NCBI GenBank assembly: GCA_027593235.1
Contig: JAQCIU010000016.1
Location: forward strand, 1 to 64,000
DNA from: Chloroflexota bacterium
GTDB lineage: Bacteria; Chloroflexota; Dehalococcoidia; UBA2979
Direction: 5' to 3'
Length of the DNA: 64,000 nt
The notes below the pieces were generated by a model. It was not told where the DNA came from and did no database searches. It saw only the letters and a program-made list of their open reading frames with translations. Every line of letters starts with the position of its first letter. Position 1 is the first letter of the stretch. Position numbers and translations under genes: made by a program. Positions 9,179 through 19,012 of the stretch are shown here, in pieces.

Positions 9179-10234
9179 TCAGCTCTGGGGCATCACCAAA
9201 AGATCGTCCGGCGGTAGCTCGATCACCCAGCGGTTCCGTGACGGCACGTCCAGCACCTCGTAGGGGCGGGCGGCTACCTCGACCTCGATGCGCGGGCCGA
9301 CGCCGTCCGGTTCAAAGCGGAGCGTGTGGGTGTTGCCGAAGGCGAGGTCCTCGACGAGGCGGCCGACGAAGCAGTTGGGCGGCGGCGGCTCGTCCGGATC
9401 GAAGCGGCGGAGATTGCAGCGCTCGGAGCGGATCCCGAGGTCGACCGGGCCGCTGAGGCCGTTCGCCGGGAGCCGCAACTCGAGGCCCTCGACGGTGACG
9501 CGGTCACCGCTGGCGGTGGCGGCGAAGAGGTTGCGGACGCCGGTGAGTTCGGCGACGCGGCGCGCGCCGGGGCGGCGGAAGACCTCGTCGCGCGGGGCGA
9601 GCTGGAGGATGCGGCCGTCATCGATGACGGCGACGGAGTCGGCGAGCAGGTGGGCCTCGCGGAGATCGTGCGTAACAAAGACGACGGGGACCGCGAACTC
9701 ACGCTGGAGGCGCTTCAGCTCCGTGCGGAGATCGGCGCGGAGCGCGTCGTCCAGCGCCGAGAACGGTTCGTCGAGGAGGAGCACGTCGACCGGCCGGACG
9801 AGCGCCCGCGCGAGCGCGACCCGTTGCTGCTGCCCGCCGGAGAGTTCGTGCGGGCGGCGGTTGTCGAGGCCGCCGAGGTGGAGCGCATCGCGCAGACGCC
9901 CCCAGCGTGCGCGGGCCTCGGTGCTGCCTTCGACACCGATCAGCACGTTGCGCTCGACCGAGAGGTGGGGGAAGAGCGCGACCTCCTGGACGACGTAGCC
10001 GGTGCGCCGCTGCTGCGGTGGTTGGTCGATGCCGGCGGCGCTGTCGAAGACGGTGCGGCCGCCGATCTCGATCGTGCCGCTGTCGGGGCGAGCGAGGCCG
10101 GCGATAGAGCGGAGCGCCATCGTCTTGCCGGCCCCGGAGTGGCCGTAGAGCACGAGCAGCTCGTGCTCGGCAGCGAGGGCGATGTCGTAGGCGAAGTCGC
10201 CAGCGCAGCCCTGGAAGCTCGCGTGGAGCGTCAC
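9179..10234 (-). CDS. modC: molybdate ABC transporter ATP-binding protein
   Basis: GHSGAGKT, LSGGQQQRVALARAL, LLLDEPF; overlaps the modB stop. Confidence 0.88.
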   Translation of the reverse strand: MTLHASFQGCAGDFAYDIALAAEHELLVLYGHSGAGKTMALRSIAGLARPDSGTIEIGGRTVFDSAAGIDQPPQQRRTGYVVQEVALFPHLSVERNVLIGVEGSTEARARWGRLRDALHLGGLDNRRPHELSGGQQQRVALARALVRPVDVLLLDEPFSALDDALRADLRTELKRLQREFAVPVVFVTHDLREAHLLADSVAVIDDGRILQLAPRDEVFRRPGARRVAELTGVRNLFAATASGDRVTVEGLELRLPANGLSGPVDLGIRSERCNLRRFDPDEPPPPNCFVGRLVEDLAFGNTHTLRFEPDGVGPRIEVEVAARPYEVLDVPSRNRWVIELPPDDLLVMPQS

Positions 10235-11028
10235 CGGTATGCCCCGCCCGGGGTGGAAAGGCGGTGCAACAGGACCATCAGCACGAGCGCGAAGCCGACG
10301 AGGATGACGGCGATCGAGACGGCGCCGGCGAGGCCGGCGTTCGATTCAAAGGCCGAGAGGATCGCCAGCGGCATCGTCTGGGTGCGGCCCGGGAGTGAGC
10401 CGGCGAAGAGCAGCGTTGCGCCGAGTTCGCCGAGGGCGCGCGCCCAGCAGAGGACGGCGCCGCCGGCGAGCGCCGGCCAGACCAGCGGCAGCGTGACGCT
10501 GCGGAAGGTGCGCCAACGGGAGAGGCCGAGGGTGTACGCGACGCCCTCGAAGCGGGGATCCATGGCGGAGAAGCCGGCGTAGGCGGCGCGCACGTAGTAG
10601 GGCGCGGCGACGAAGAGTTGGGCGAGCACGACGGCCGCGGTGGTGAAGGAGAGCGTGACGCCGGCCTCGGCGAGCGGATCGCCGAGGTAACCGCGGCGTC
10701 CGAAGACGGTGAGCAGCGCGATGCCGGAGACGACCGGCGGGAGCACGAGCGGCAAATCGAGCAGCGTGGCGGTGAGCCGCGCCCAACCTGCCTCGGAGGC
10801 GGCGAGCAGGTAGGCAAGCGGCGTGCCGAGCACGACGGCGAGGACCAGCGTGAAGGTGGCGGTGAGGAGGGAAAGCCGGAGCGCGTCCCAGGTGGTGCTG
10901 GATCCGAGTTCCGCGGCGACGTCGCCGTCCGTGATCGCGAACCAGGCGAGGCCGACTAACGGCAGCAGGAAGAACAGCCCGAAGAGCACGGGTGGGATCA
11001 CCCACCAGTTGCGGCCGCGCGCGGTCAC
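10231..11028 (-). CDS. modB: molybdate ABC transporter permease
   Basis: DLPLVLPPVVSG, WARALGELGAT, GRTQTMPLAI. Confidence 0.92.
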   Translation of the reverse strand: MTARGRNWWVIPPVLFGLFFLLPLVGLAWFAITDGDVAAELGSSTTWDALRLSLLTATFTLVLAVVLGTPLAYLLAASEAGWARLTATLLDLPLVLPPVVSGIALLTVFGRRGYLGDPLAEAGVTLSFTTAAVVLAQLFVAAPYYVRAAYAGFSAMDPRFEGVAYTLGLSRWRTFRSVTLPLVWPALAGGAVLCWARALGELGATLLFAGSLPGRTQTMPLAILSAFESNAGLAGAVSIAVILVGFALVLMVLLHRLSTPGGAYR

Positions 11029-11783
11029 GGGGTCCCCGGCACGGCGAAGCCGGCGGACCGCCAGATCGGGGCGGCGACCGGGCCGGCGATGAAATCGAGG
11101 AGCACAGCCGCGTCGGGATCGGCGTCGCGGAGCACCGCGCCGACGTACTGGTTGGGCGCGACGGCGACCGGCAGATCGAGGATGGCGAGGTCACTCACCG
11201 TGGCGGCGTCCGTGCGGTAGACGAAAGCGGCGTCGGCCTCGCCGAGATCGACGCGGGAAAGGGCGACGCGGACGTTGGGGTCCTCGGTGACCACGTTGGC
11301 GCGGATGGCCGCGGCGAGCGCTGGATCGAGGGCGGCGAGGAGACGCTGGGTGAGCGCGCCGACGGGCACCTCGGGTGCGCCGATCGCGATCCGGAGCCCG
11401 GGCCGTCCGAGGTCAGCGAAGGTTTCGATGGGGGCGCCGGAGCGGAGCACAACAACGAGGCTGTTGGTCACGAGCGGGCGCTGCGCGCTGACGAGGTCTT
11501 GGGTGGTGAGCCGCTCGACCTGCTGGGGGTTGGCGTAGAGGAAGAGATCGGCTTCGGCACCAAGCTCGATCTGGGTGGCGAGCGCCTGGGATCCGCCGTA
11601 CTGCACCTCGAAGGTCACGCCGTCGTCCGTTTCGGCGTAGGAGTCGAGGATGGCGGGGAGCACGTCCTGCAGCGAGGAGGCGGCGAAGACGCGGATCGCG
11701 GTGTCGTCGCGGCAGCCGGATCCGAGGATGGCCGTGGCGACGAGGAAGATGAACCCCACGACACGCGGGCGGAGCGTAGGCAT
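11025..11783 (-). CDS. modA: molybdate-binding lipoprotein
   Basis: Lipobox LGSGC, VFAASSL, GGSQALATQI, VPVG, GEADAAFVYRTD. Confidence 0.92.
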   Translation of the reverse strand: MPTLRPRVVGFIFLVATAILGSGCRDDTAIRVFAASSLQDVLPAILDSYAETDDGVTFEVQYGGSQALATQIELGAEADLFLYANPQQVERLTTQDLVSAQRPLVTNSLVVVLRSGAPIETFADLGRPGLRIAIGAPEVPVGALTQRLLAALDPALAAAIRANVVTEDPNVRVALSRVDLGEADAAFVYRTDAATVSDLAILDLPVAVAPNQYVGAVLRDADPDAAVLLDFIAGPVAAPIWRSAGFAVPGTP

Positions 11784-11902
11784 CTGCGCGCTGGCCTTCC
11801 GAATGCTGGCGAGCCTAGCATCCTGTACGCCGCCCGGAGCGGGCGCGGCAGCGATCTGGTGCCCGCCTCGCGAGCTACGATGGAGCGCTGCGGAGGTGCC
11901 GG

Positions 11903-12436
11903 GTGCTGTTCAACGTGGTGACGCTGTTGCAGGAGCACCTGGGAAGTTCGCGCGACCTCGAGCTGGTTGCCGAGCCGGTCAGCCTGCCCGCGGACGGGTA
12001 CCAACGGGTGGTGGACGGCACGATCCGGCTGATGCGGACGGAGCGCGGGGTACTGGTGAACGCGCGGCTGGGGCTGGTGGTGCCGCTGCAGTGCGCCCGC
12101 TGCCTGGAGCCGTTCAGCGAACAGATCACGATGGAGTTCGACGAGGAGTACGTGTTGTCGTCTCCACATCCCGTGACGGGGCGGCGGGTGGAGCATGACG
12201 AGGCGGACTTCCTGATCGATGATCACTGGCACCTCGACCTCAGCGAGGCAGTACGGCAGTATGAACAGTCGGCCGTGCCGCTGATTGCGCTCTGCCGTGC
12301 TGATTGTCCCGGGTTCGCCGCTGTAACCCCAGCGGCTCCGCCCACATCTGATGCCGCCGACCGACGTTGGTCGGCGCTGAGCGGGCTGGCCGCACGATTG
12401 CACGAGGAGGAATCCGATGGCGCTCCCGAAGCGTAG
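11903..12436 (+). CDS. yceD: DUF177/YceD family protein
   Basis: CARCLE, LDLSEAVRQ, DRRWSAL; directly upstream of rpmF. Confidence 0.88.
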   Translation: MLFNVVTLLQEHLGSSRDLELVAEPVSLPADGYQRVVDGTIRLMRTERGVLVNARLGLVVPLQCARCLEPFSEQITMEFDEEYVLSSPHPVTGRRVEHDEADFLIDDHWHLDLSEAVRQYEQSAVPLIALCRADCPGFAAVTPAAPPTSDAADRRWSALSGLAARLHEEESDGAPEA

Positions 12437-12608
12437 AACGCCGAAGTCCAAGCGCAATTCGCGCCGTAGTCACGATCGGATCCAGATCCCCCAGCTCATT
12501 CGCGATCGCGCGACTGGTGGCTGGAAGGTGAACCACACGGCCGGCGGCGCGCGCGACCGCAAGGGCCGTCCGATCGACGATGACCTTGATGTGGGCGGCG
12601 CCGACTAG
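12417..12608 (+). CDS. rpmF: 50S ribosomal protein L32 (cysteine-free form)
   Basis: MALPKRRTPKSKRNSRRSH N-terminus; GAGGAGG RBS; yceD-rpmF synteny. Confidence 0.88.
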   Translation: MALPKRRTPKSKRNSRRSHDRIQIPQLIRDRATGGWKVNHTAGGARDRKGRPIDDDLDVGGAD

Positions 12609-12667
12609 GCCGCCACACACCGATCTCCGAACCCGCCGCACACTCCCCCGAGCCCGAGGCGCCCGCC

Positions 12668-13636
12668 ATGCCTGACGTACCGATCGGCGATCTTCCGGTC
12701 GATCCCACGGTTGCGTGGGTCTTTCCCGGCCAGGGCGCGCAGCATGTGGGGATGGGCGCCGATCTGGCGGACACCTCCGCCACGGCGCGCGCAGTGTTTA
12801 CCGCCGCCGACATGGCGCTGGACATGTCACTCTCCCGGATCTGCTTCGAAGGTCCCGAGGACGAGCTGACGCGCACGATCAACACGCAGCCGGCAATCGT
12901 GACGCATTCGATCGCGGCGCTCTCGGCGGCCCTCGAGGCTGGCGTGATCACGGCGCGGCCGGCGTTCGTGGCCGGGCACTCGCTGGGCGAGTACGCGGCA
13001 CTGATCGCGGCGGGCGCGGTGGGGTTCGACGACGGCGTGCGGCTGGTGCGCGAGCGCGGACGACTGATGCAGGTGGCCTGTGACGTGACGGCGAGCACGA
13101 TGGCCGCGGTGCTGGGCATGGACGAAGAGCTGCTGACCGAGATCTGCATGGCGCACAGCGCCGCGGTCTGCAACGTGAACGCCCCGGGGAACATCACGAT
13201 CGGCGGCACGATTGAGGCCGTCGCGGCGGCCTCGGACGCGGCGATCGAGGCTGGCGCAACACGGGTGGTTCCGTTGTCCGTCTCCGGCGCCTTCCACACG
13301 CCGCTGATGCAGTCCGCGGCCGATGGACTGCGCGTCGCGCTGAACGGCGTGACGTTCCAGGAGCCACGGACGCCGGTGATCTCGAACGTCTCCGCGACAC
13401 CGCTGGGCAGCGCGGCGGATATCGCCGACGAACTGGTCAGCCAGGTGACGAGCGCGGTGCTGTGGGCGGCCTCGGTGCAGCGAATGCAGGAAGCCGGCGT
13501 GACGACGCTGATCGAGTTTGGCCCCGGGCGGGTGCTGAGCGGATTGGCGCGGCGGATCGATCGTGACCTGAAGACGATTACCATCGGATCCGCGGCCGAT
13601 CTGACCGCCGATGTAGCCGGGGGAGCCGAGGGATGA
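12668..13636 (+). CDS. fabD: malonyl-CoA:ACP transacylase
   Basis: FPGQGAQ, TQPAI, GHSLGEY, VSGAFHT. Confidence 0.96.
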   Translation: MPDVPIGDLPVDPTVAWVFPGQGAQHVGMGADLADTSATARAVFTAADMALDMSLSRICFEGPEDELTRTINTQPAIVTHSIAALSAALEAGVITARPAFVAGHSLGEYAALIAAGAVGFDDGVRLVRERGRLMQVACDVTASTMAAVLGMDEELLTEICMAHSAAVCNVNAPGNITIGGTIEAVAAASDAAIEAGATRVVPLSVSGAFHTPLMQSAADGLRVALNGVTFQEPRTPVISNVSATPLGSAADIADELVSQVTSAVLWAASVQRMQEAGVTTLIEFGPGRVLSGLARRIDRDLKTITIGSAADLTADVAGGAEG

Positions 13637-14403
13637 GCGAAGACGACAAGGATCCGCGGTCACTGCGCGGCCGTTCCGCGCTGGTGACGGGCGGCGGGCG
13701 CGGCATCGGGCGCGCGATCGCCACCGAGCTGGCGCGCGCCGGCGCGAATGTGCTGATCACCTACCGCGCGAACTCCGCGCTGGCGGAGGCCGCGGCGCAC
13801 GAGATACGCGCCTTCGGCGTCGGTTGCCAGATCTGTCAGGCGGACGTGCGCGAAGGCGGGGACCTGGACCGCGCCGTGAAGGAATGCCAGCAGGCATTCG
13901 GCGGCATCGACATCCTGGTGAACAACGCGGGGATGACGAGCGACAACCTCGTGATGCGGATGTCCGAGGCGGCCTGGGACGACGTGCTGAACACCAACCT
14001 GCGGGGCACGTTCCTGGCAACGAAGGCAGCGCTGCGCCCAATGGTGCGCGCGCGCTGGGGCCGGATCATCAACATCACCTCGGTGGTTGGGGTGTCCGGC
14101 AACGCCGGGCAGGCGAACTACGCGGCAGCGAAGGCGGGCATCATCGGCTTCACGCGATCGGTCGCCCTCGAGGTGGCTTCGCGCGGCATCACGGTGAACG
14201 CGGTGGCGCCGGGGTTCGTGGAAACGGACATGACGGCGGGCCTGTCGGACGAGCAGAAAGGGCTGATCAAGGGCCGGATCCCGATGGACCGGTACGCCGA
14301 GCCGAGCGAAATCGCGCCGATCGTCGCCTTCCTGGCGTCGGATGCGGCGGCATACATCACAGGCCAGACGATCAACGTCGATGGTGGCCTGGTGATGACG
14401 TAG
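13633..14403 (+). CDS. fabG: 3-oxoacyl-ACP reductase
   Basis: TGGGRGIG, NNAG, GNAGQANYAAAK, GQTINVDGG. Confidence 0.96.
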   Translation: MSEDDKDPRSLRGRSALVTGGGRGIGRAIATELARAGANVLITYRANSALAEAAAHEIRAFGVGCQICQADVREGGDLDRAVKECQQAFGGIDILVNNAGMTSDNLVMRMSEAAWDDVLNTNLRGTFLATKAALRPMVRARWGRIINITSVVGVSGNAGQANYAAAKAGIIGFTRSVALEVASRGITVNAVAPGFVETDMTAGLSDEQKGLIKGRIPMDRYAEPSEIAPIVAFLASDAAAYITGQTINVDGGLVMT

Positions 14404-14414
14404 GGGGCGGCGAT

Positions 14415-14867
14415 ATGTCCTCGAGTTCCCGCCGCAGTTCGCGGATCCTGGCGTTCCAGGTGCTGTTCGAAGGCGAGCAGCACGTGCACCCGATCGCCGA
14501 GGCGCTGGCGCGCCGGCTGGACGATTCCGACCTCGATGCTGATGCGCGCGGATTCGCGCGCTCGCTGGTCGAGGGCGTGGAGGAGCACCGCGAGACGATC
14601 GACGAGGTGATCTCGCGTCACGCTCCCGCGTTTCCACTCAGCGAGATGGCACCCGTTGATCGCAACGTGCTTCGCCTTGCAATCTACGAAGTGCTCTTTG
14701 ATAATCGCGGCGCTCCGCTCCGGGTTGCGATCAATGAAGCTGTTGAGATCGCCAAAGGGTACGGATCTGAGTCGTCGGGGCGATTCGTGAATGGAGTCCT
14801 CGGGGCGGTTGCGCTCGAGGCAGCTGAGCGCAATGAATCGGCGAACCATGGAAGCGCGCCTTCGTAG
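14415..14867 (+). CDS. nusB: transcription antitermination factor NusB
   Basis: RRSSRILAFQVLF, VDRNVLRLAIYE, VAINEAVEIAKGYG, FVNGVLG. Confidence 0.95.
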   Translation: MSSSSRRSSRILAFQVLFEGEQHVHPIAEALARRLDDSDLDADARGFARSLVEGVEEHRETIDEVISRHAPAFPLSEMAPVDRNVLRLAIYEVLFDNRGAPLRVAINEAVEIAKGYGSESSGRFVNGVLGAVALEAAERNESANHGSAPS

Positions 14868-14903
14868 CGCGTTCTTGGTTTCGCTGGCGGGAAGGACGAC
14901 GTA

Positions 14904-15158
14904 GTGGCCACTGTTTACGAGCGAATTCGCGGTTTGATCGTCGAGCAGCTTGGGGTCGATGAGGACGAGGTGACGCTGAGTGCGTCGTTCGTCGATGACC
15001 TCAACGCAGACTCGCTCGATCTGGTCGAACTGATCATGTCGATGGAAGAAGAATTCGGTGGCGACGTCGAGGGACTTGAGATCTCCGATGAGGACGCCGA
15101 AAAGATCCAGTCCGTGCAGGACGCGGTCGACTTCCTCAAGGACGCGGGCATCGAATAA
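14904..15158 (+). CDS. acpP: acyl carrier protein
   Basis: [14 protein letters not shown] phosphopantetheine site. Confidence 0.97.
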   Translation: MATVYERIRGLIVEQLGVDEDEVTLSASFVDDLNADSLDLVELIMSMEEEFGGDVEGLEISDEDAEKIQSVQDAVDFLKDAGIE

Positions 15159-15233
15159 GCCCGTTCCCCCACCCGCGGCGCCATCCACCAGCGGGCAGTC
15201 CATTGGGCTGCCCGCTGCGTATCATGTAACAAG

Positions 15234-15635
15234 ATGAGTTTGTTCGGCGTCGGAGCAGGCGAAGCCTTGGTCGTGCTGGTGCTGGCCCTGATTGTGGTCG
15301 GCCCCCAGCGCTTTCCTGAGATCGCTCGACAGGGTGGTCGCTGGTACCGGTTGGCGCGCCAATACAGCAACGAGGTCATGAAGGACGTGCGTGCGGCGGT
15401 CGAAGAGATCGAGCAGGAGATCACCGAAGAGACCGGCGATCTCCGGTCGCTGACCTCGATCCGCGAAGACCTGCGGGCGATTCGCGACGATCTGGACACC
15501 GTAGGTACCGAGTCCGCCGCGGACGCCAAACAGGCGATGACCGATAGCGCGACGGCCGCGAGCACGAATGGCACCGAATCAACCGCGACGCGAGACCCCT
15601 CGGTGCGTCCGTCGCGCCGAGCCGAAGACAGCTAG
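15234..15635 (+). CDS. tatB: Tat translocase TatA/TatB-family subunit
   Basis: FGVGAGEALVVLVLALIVVGPQRFPE; upstream of tatC. Confidence 0.82.
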   Translation: MSLFGVGAGEALVVLVLALIVVGPQRFPEIARQGGRWYRLARQYSNEVMKDVRAAVEEIEQEITEETGDLRSLTSIREDLRAIRDDLDTVGTESAADAKQAMTDSATAASTNGTESTATRDPSVRPSRRAEDS

Positions 15636-15647
15636 CGGAGCGCGCTG

Positions 15648-16430
15648 GTGACCTCGACGACCGCCCCGCCGCAGGTGCAGCCCGAGCCGGAGCCCGAAAC
15701 GGAGCGCGTCGAGGGCGGCGAGATGACGCTGCTCGAGCACCTCTTCGAGCTGCGTAGCCGGATCACGTGGTCAGCGGCGGCCGTGGTGGTTGGGATGCTG
15801 CCGTTCTTCGTACCGAGCATCGGACTGCGGGCGATCGACTTCCTGCTGGAGCCGGCGATGCAGCAGAACCCGGATTTCCGGGCGCAGGCGATCTCGCCGA
15901 TGGAGAACATCGTCACGTACTTCCGGATCGCGCTCCTCGGAGGGATCGCACTCGGGATGCCGATGCTGATCTACCAGGCGTTGCGCTTCGTAACGCCGGC
16001 GCTGACGCCGCAAGAGAAGCGCTGGGTGCTGCCGGTGGTGATCGGCGCGTCGCTCTCGTTCGGGCTGGGGTTGGTGTTCGGGTACCTCGTGGTGTTGCCG
16101 ACGGCGTACGGCTTCCTCTTCAGCTTCGGCCAAGACTTCGCGGAGATCGCGCCGACGATCAGCAGCTACATGGACCTGACGACGCGGCTACTGCTGGTGA
16201 TGGGGGTGGTGTTCGAGACGCCGATCGTCATTATGGGCCTCGCGAAGTTCGGGGTAGTCAGCGCGAAGAAGTTGCTGGGCTGGTGGCGCTGGGCCCTCGT
16301 GGGATCGTTCGTGATCTCGGCGATTGCGACACCGACGCCCGATCCGATCACGCAGACGCTGGTCGGCGGCCCGATGTTCTTCCTCTACATGTTCGGAATC
16401 GTGCTCGCGTGGTTCGTCAGACGAGAATGA
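15648..16430 (+). CDS. tatC: Tat translocase subunit TatC
   Basis: MTLLEHLFELRSR, FVTPALTPQEKR, FETP, TPTPDP. Confidence 0.95.
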   Translation: MTSTTAPPQVQPEPEPETERVEGGEMTLLEHLFELRSRITWSAAAVVVGMLPFFVPSIGLRAIDFLLEPAMQQNPDFRAQAISPMENIVTYFRIALLGGIALGMPMLIYQALRFVTPALTPQEKRWVLPVVIGASLSFGLGLVFGYLVVLPTAYGFLFSFGQDFAEIAPTISSYMDLTTRLLLVMGVVFETPIVIMGLAKFGVVSAKKLLGWWRWALVGSFVISAIATPTPDPITQTLVGGPMFFLYMFGIVLAWFVRRE

Positions 16431-16559
16431 TCACGCGTATACGCACGTTGGTGTGATCGCGGTGAGAATGCTACTGTTACAGGGTCCCAGCGAACCCGGT
16501 CACCCCGGTACTATCGAGGTGACGCACTGGCACGCTCCCCGCCGCCGCGGAGGTGGAGC

Positions 16560-17210
16560 ATGGCGATTCAGGCCCGCGATCGCTCGTCCGAGACGCCGAT
16601 GACGGAGTCCGGACCGATGGCGAACGCGCCGGCGGCGCTGCGACCGTTGTATGAGGTCGACGAGGAGTTGCGCCCGCTCTATGAATCGATCGCCGATTGC
16701 CCGAACTGCGTGCTGGCGCGCAACCGCTCGCGAACCGTACCCGGTTCCGGGCCGGTTTCGGCTGATTTGATGTTCGTGGGTGAGGCGCCGGGGCAGCGTG
16801 AGGACGAGCTGGGGCTCCCCTTCGTGGGACGGTCCGGGCAGTTCCTCGATCAGTTGCTGGGCGGGATCAACCTGACGCGCTCTGACGTTTATGTCACTAA
16901 TGTGGTGAAGTGCCGCCCACCCGCGAACCGCGATCCCGAGCCCGTGGAGATCGCCACCTGCGGCGACTTCCTGGAAGAGCAACTGCGCCGCGTGAACCCG
17001 AAGGTGATTGCCACCCTCGGTCGGTTTTCGATGGCGCGGTGGTTTCCGGACGCGCGGATCAGCCAGATCCATGGCCAGGTGAAACGCGCCGACGACCGTT
17101 ATGTCATTCCGATGTACCATCCCGCAGCCGCGCTGCGGAACGGCAGCCTGCGCGAGGTCATGCATGCCGACTTCGCGAAGATTCCCGAGCTGCTACAAGG
17201 AGCGCCGTGA
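16560..17210 (+). CDS. uracil-DNA glycosylase, family 4 (4Fe-4S)
   Basis: CPNC, VGEAPG, PFVGRSG, NVVKCRPP, YHPAAALR. Confidence 0.93.
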   Translation: MAIQARDRSSETPMTESGPMANAPAALRPLYEVDEELRPLYESIADCPNCVLARNRSRTVPGSGPVSADLMFVGEAPGQREDELGLPFVGRSGQFLDQLLGGINLTRSDVYVTNVVKCRPPANRDPEPVEIATCGDFLEEQLRRVNPKVIATLGRFSMARWFPDARISQIHGQVKRADDRYVIPMYHPAAALRNGSLREVMHADFAKIPELLQGAP

Positions 17211-17268
17211 ACCCCTCAATCGCTATCTCTGCTTTTCCGGTCGCTGACCGCCGTCCGGGAGGCGCACT

Positions 17269-18936
17269 GTGACGTCGGCCGCCTCCGGCGAGGCGCTGCG
17301 GGTGATCCCGTTCGGCGGCCTGCGCGACATTGGTCGCAACATGATGCTGTACGAATACGGCGATGATGCGATCGCCGTGGACTGCGGCCTGATGTTCCCC
17401 GACGACGAGCACCTGGGCGTCGACATCATCATCCAGGACTACAGCTACCTCCGTGAGAATCCGGATCTGCTGAAGGCGCTGTTCATCACGCACGGCCACG
17501 AGGATCACATTGGCGCGGCGGTGTTTCTGCTCAAGGAATTCCCGGTGCCGGTGTTCTGCACGCGGCTGACCCGGGGCCTGCTGCAGGTCAAGCTGCGTGA
17601 CCACAAGCTCCAGGACGCCATCGACATCCAGGTGGTCGAACCGGGGCAGTCGATCTCGATTGGCGACTTTTCCGTCGAGTTCTTCTCGGTGTCGCACTCG
17701 ATTCCGGACTCCGCCGGGATGATTATCGACACGCCGCTGGGGTCCGTGGTGCACACGGGCGACTTCAAGATCGACCACACCCCGGTGATGGGGCAGCACA
17801 CGGACCTGACGCGACTGGCCGAGGTGGGTCGCGACGGCGCGCTGCTGCTCTGCGCGGACTCCACGTACGCCGAGGTCGAGGGCTACACGCCCTCGGAGCA
17901 GATCGTGGCGGAGCGGCTGGAGCACGCGATCGCGAACGCGCCGGGGCGCGTGATCGTGACGACGTTCGCCTCGTTGATTTCGCGCGTGCAGATGGTGCTG
18001 GACGCGGCGGTGAAGCACGAGAAGCGGGTCTTCGTCACGGGCCGCTCGATGGTGAACAACGTGCAGATGGCACGTGACCTCGGGTACCTCGAGGCGCCCG
18101 ATCAGGTGCTGATGTCGGTGCGCGAGATGCGATCGCATCCGCCGCACAAGACGGTGATCATCTGCACCGGGTCACAGGGCGAACCGAACGCGGCGCTGAC
18201 GCGGATCGCGAACGGGTCGCACCAGCATCTAACGATCCAGGAGGACGACACGGTCGTGCTGTCCTCGAACCCGGTGCCCGGCAACGAGAAGTCGGTGTCG
18301 CGGAACATCAACCTGCTGTTCCAAGCGGGCGCGAACGTGATCTACAGCCGGATCGACGACGTCCACGTGCGCGGGCACGCGTCGCGCGAGGAATTGAAGA
18401 TCATTCACCGGATCGTGCGGCCGAAGTACTTCGTGCCGATTCACGGCGAGTACCGGCACCTGGTGCTGCACGCGCAACTCGCGCTGCAACTGGGGATGCC
18501 GGCGGACAACGCGTTCGTTCTCGAGGATGGCGATGTCCTCGAGATCACGGACGACGACGCGGACATCGTGGATCAGATCTCGGCGGACTACATCTACGTC
18601 GACGGGCTGGGCGTGGGCGACATCGACCACGTCGTGCTGCGCGACCGCGCGCACCTCGCGACGGACGGGATGCTGGTGATCGTGGCAGCGGTCGACCGGC
18701 GCGACGGGACGTTGACCGGCCCGCCCGAGGTGATGTCGCACGGGTTCATCGGGCCGGACGACGAGGCGGAGATCTACGATGGCGCCCGTCGGATCGTGAT
18801 CGATATGCTGGGTGGCGAGTCACGATCCGTGAACTGGCGCCAGCTTCACGACAACTTGAAGGACGATCTGGCGCGCTACCTGTATGAGCGCACCCACCGG
18901 CGGCCACTGGTGCTGCCGGTGATGTTGGAGGTTTGA
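17269..18936 (+). CDS. rnj: ribonuclease J
   Basis: ITHGHEDHIG, HSIPD, HTGDFKID, TGSQGEP, HVRGHA, PIHGEYRH. Confidence 0.96.
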   Translation: MTSAASGEALRVIPFGGLRDIGRNMMLYEYGDDAIAVDCGLMFPDDEHLGVDIIIQDYSYLRENPDLLKALFITHGHEDHIGAAVFLLKEFPVPVFCTRLTRGLLQVKLRDHKLQDAIDIQVVEPGQSISIGDFSVEFFSVSHSIPDSAGMIIDTPLGSVVHTGDFKIDHTPVMGQHTDLTRLAEVGRDGALLLCADSTYAEVEGYTPSEQIVAERLEHAIANAPGRVIVTTFASLISRVQMVLDAAVKHEKRVFVTGRSMVNNVQMARDLGYLEAPDQVLMSVREMRSHPPHKTVIICTGSQGEPNAALTRIANGSHQHLTIQEDDTVVLSSNPVPGNEKSVSRNINLLFQAGANVIYSRIDDVHVRGHASREELKIIHRIVRPKYFVPIHGEYRHLVLHAQLALQLGMPADNAFVLEDGDVLEITDDDADIVDQISADYIYVDGLGVGDIDHVVLRDRAHLATDGMLVIVAAVDRRDGTLTGPPEVMSHGFIGPDDEAEIYDGARRIVIDMLGGESRSVNWRQLHDNLKDDLARYLYERTHRRPLVLPVMLEV

Positions 18937-19012
18937 GCTAGCAACACCGGGCAGGTGAAGCAAGAGACACCAGTGCGTTCGGAGGCGGGCCCGAACGTAC
19001 GAGGAGAGCGCG

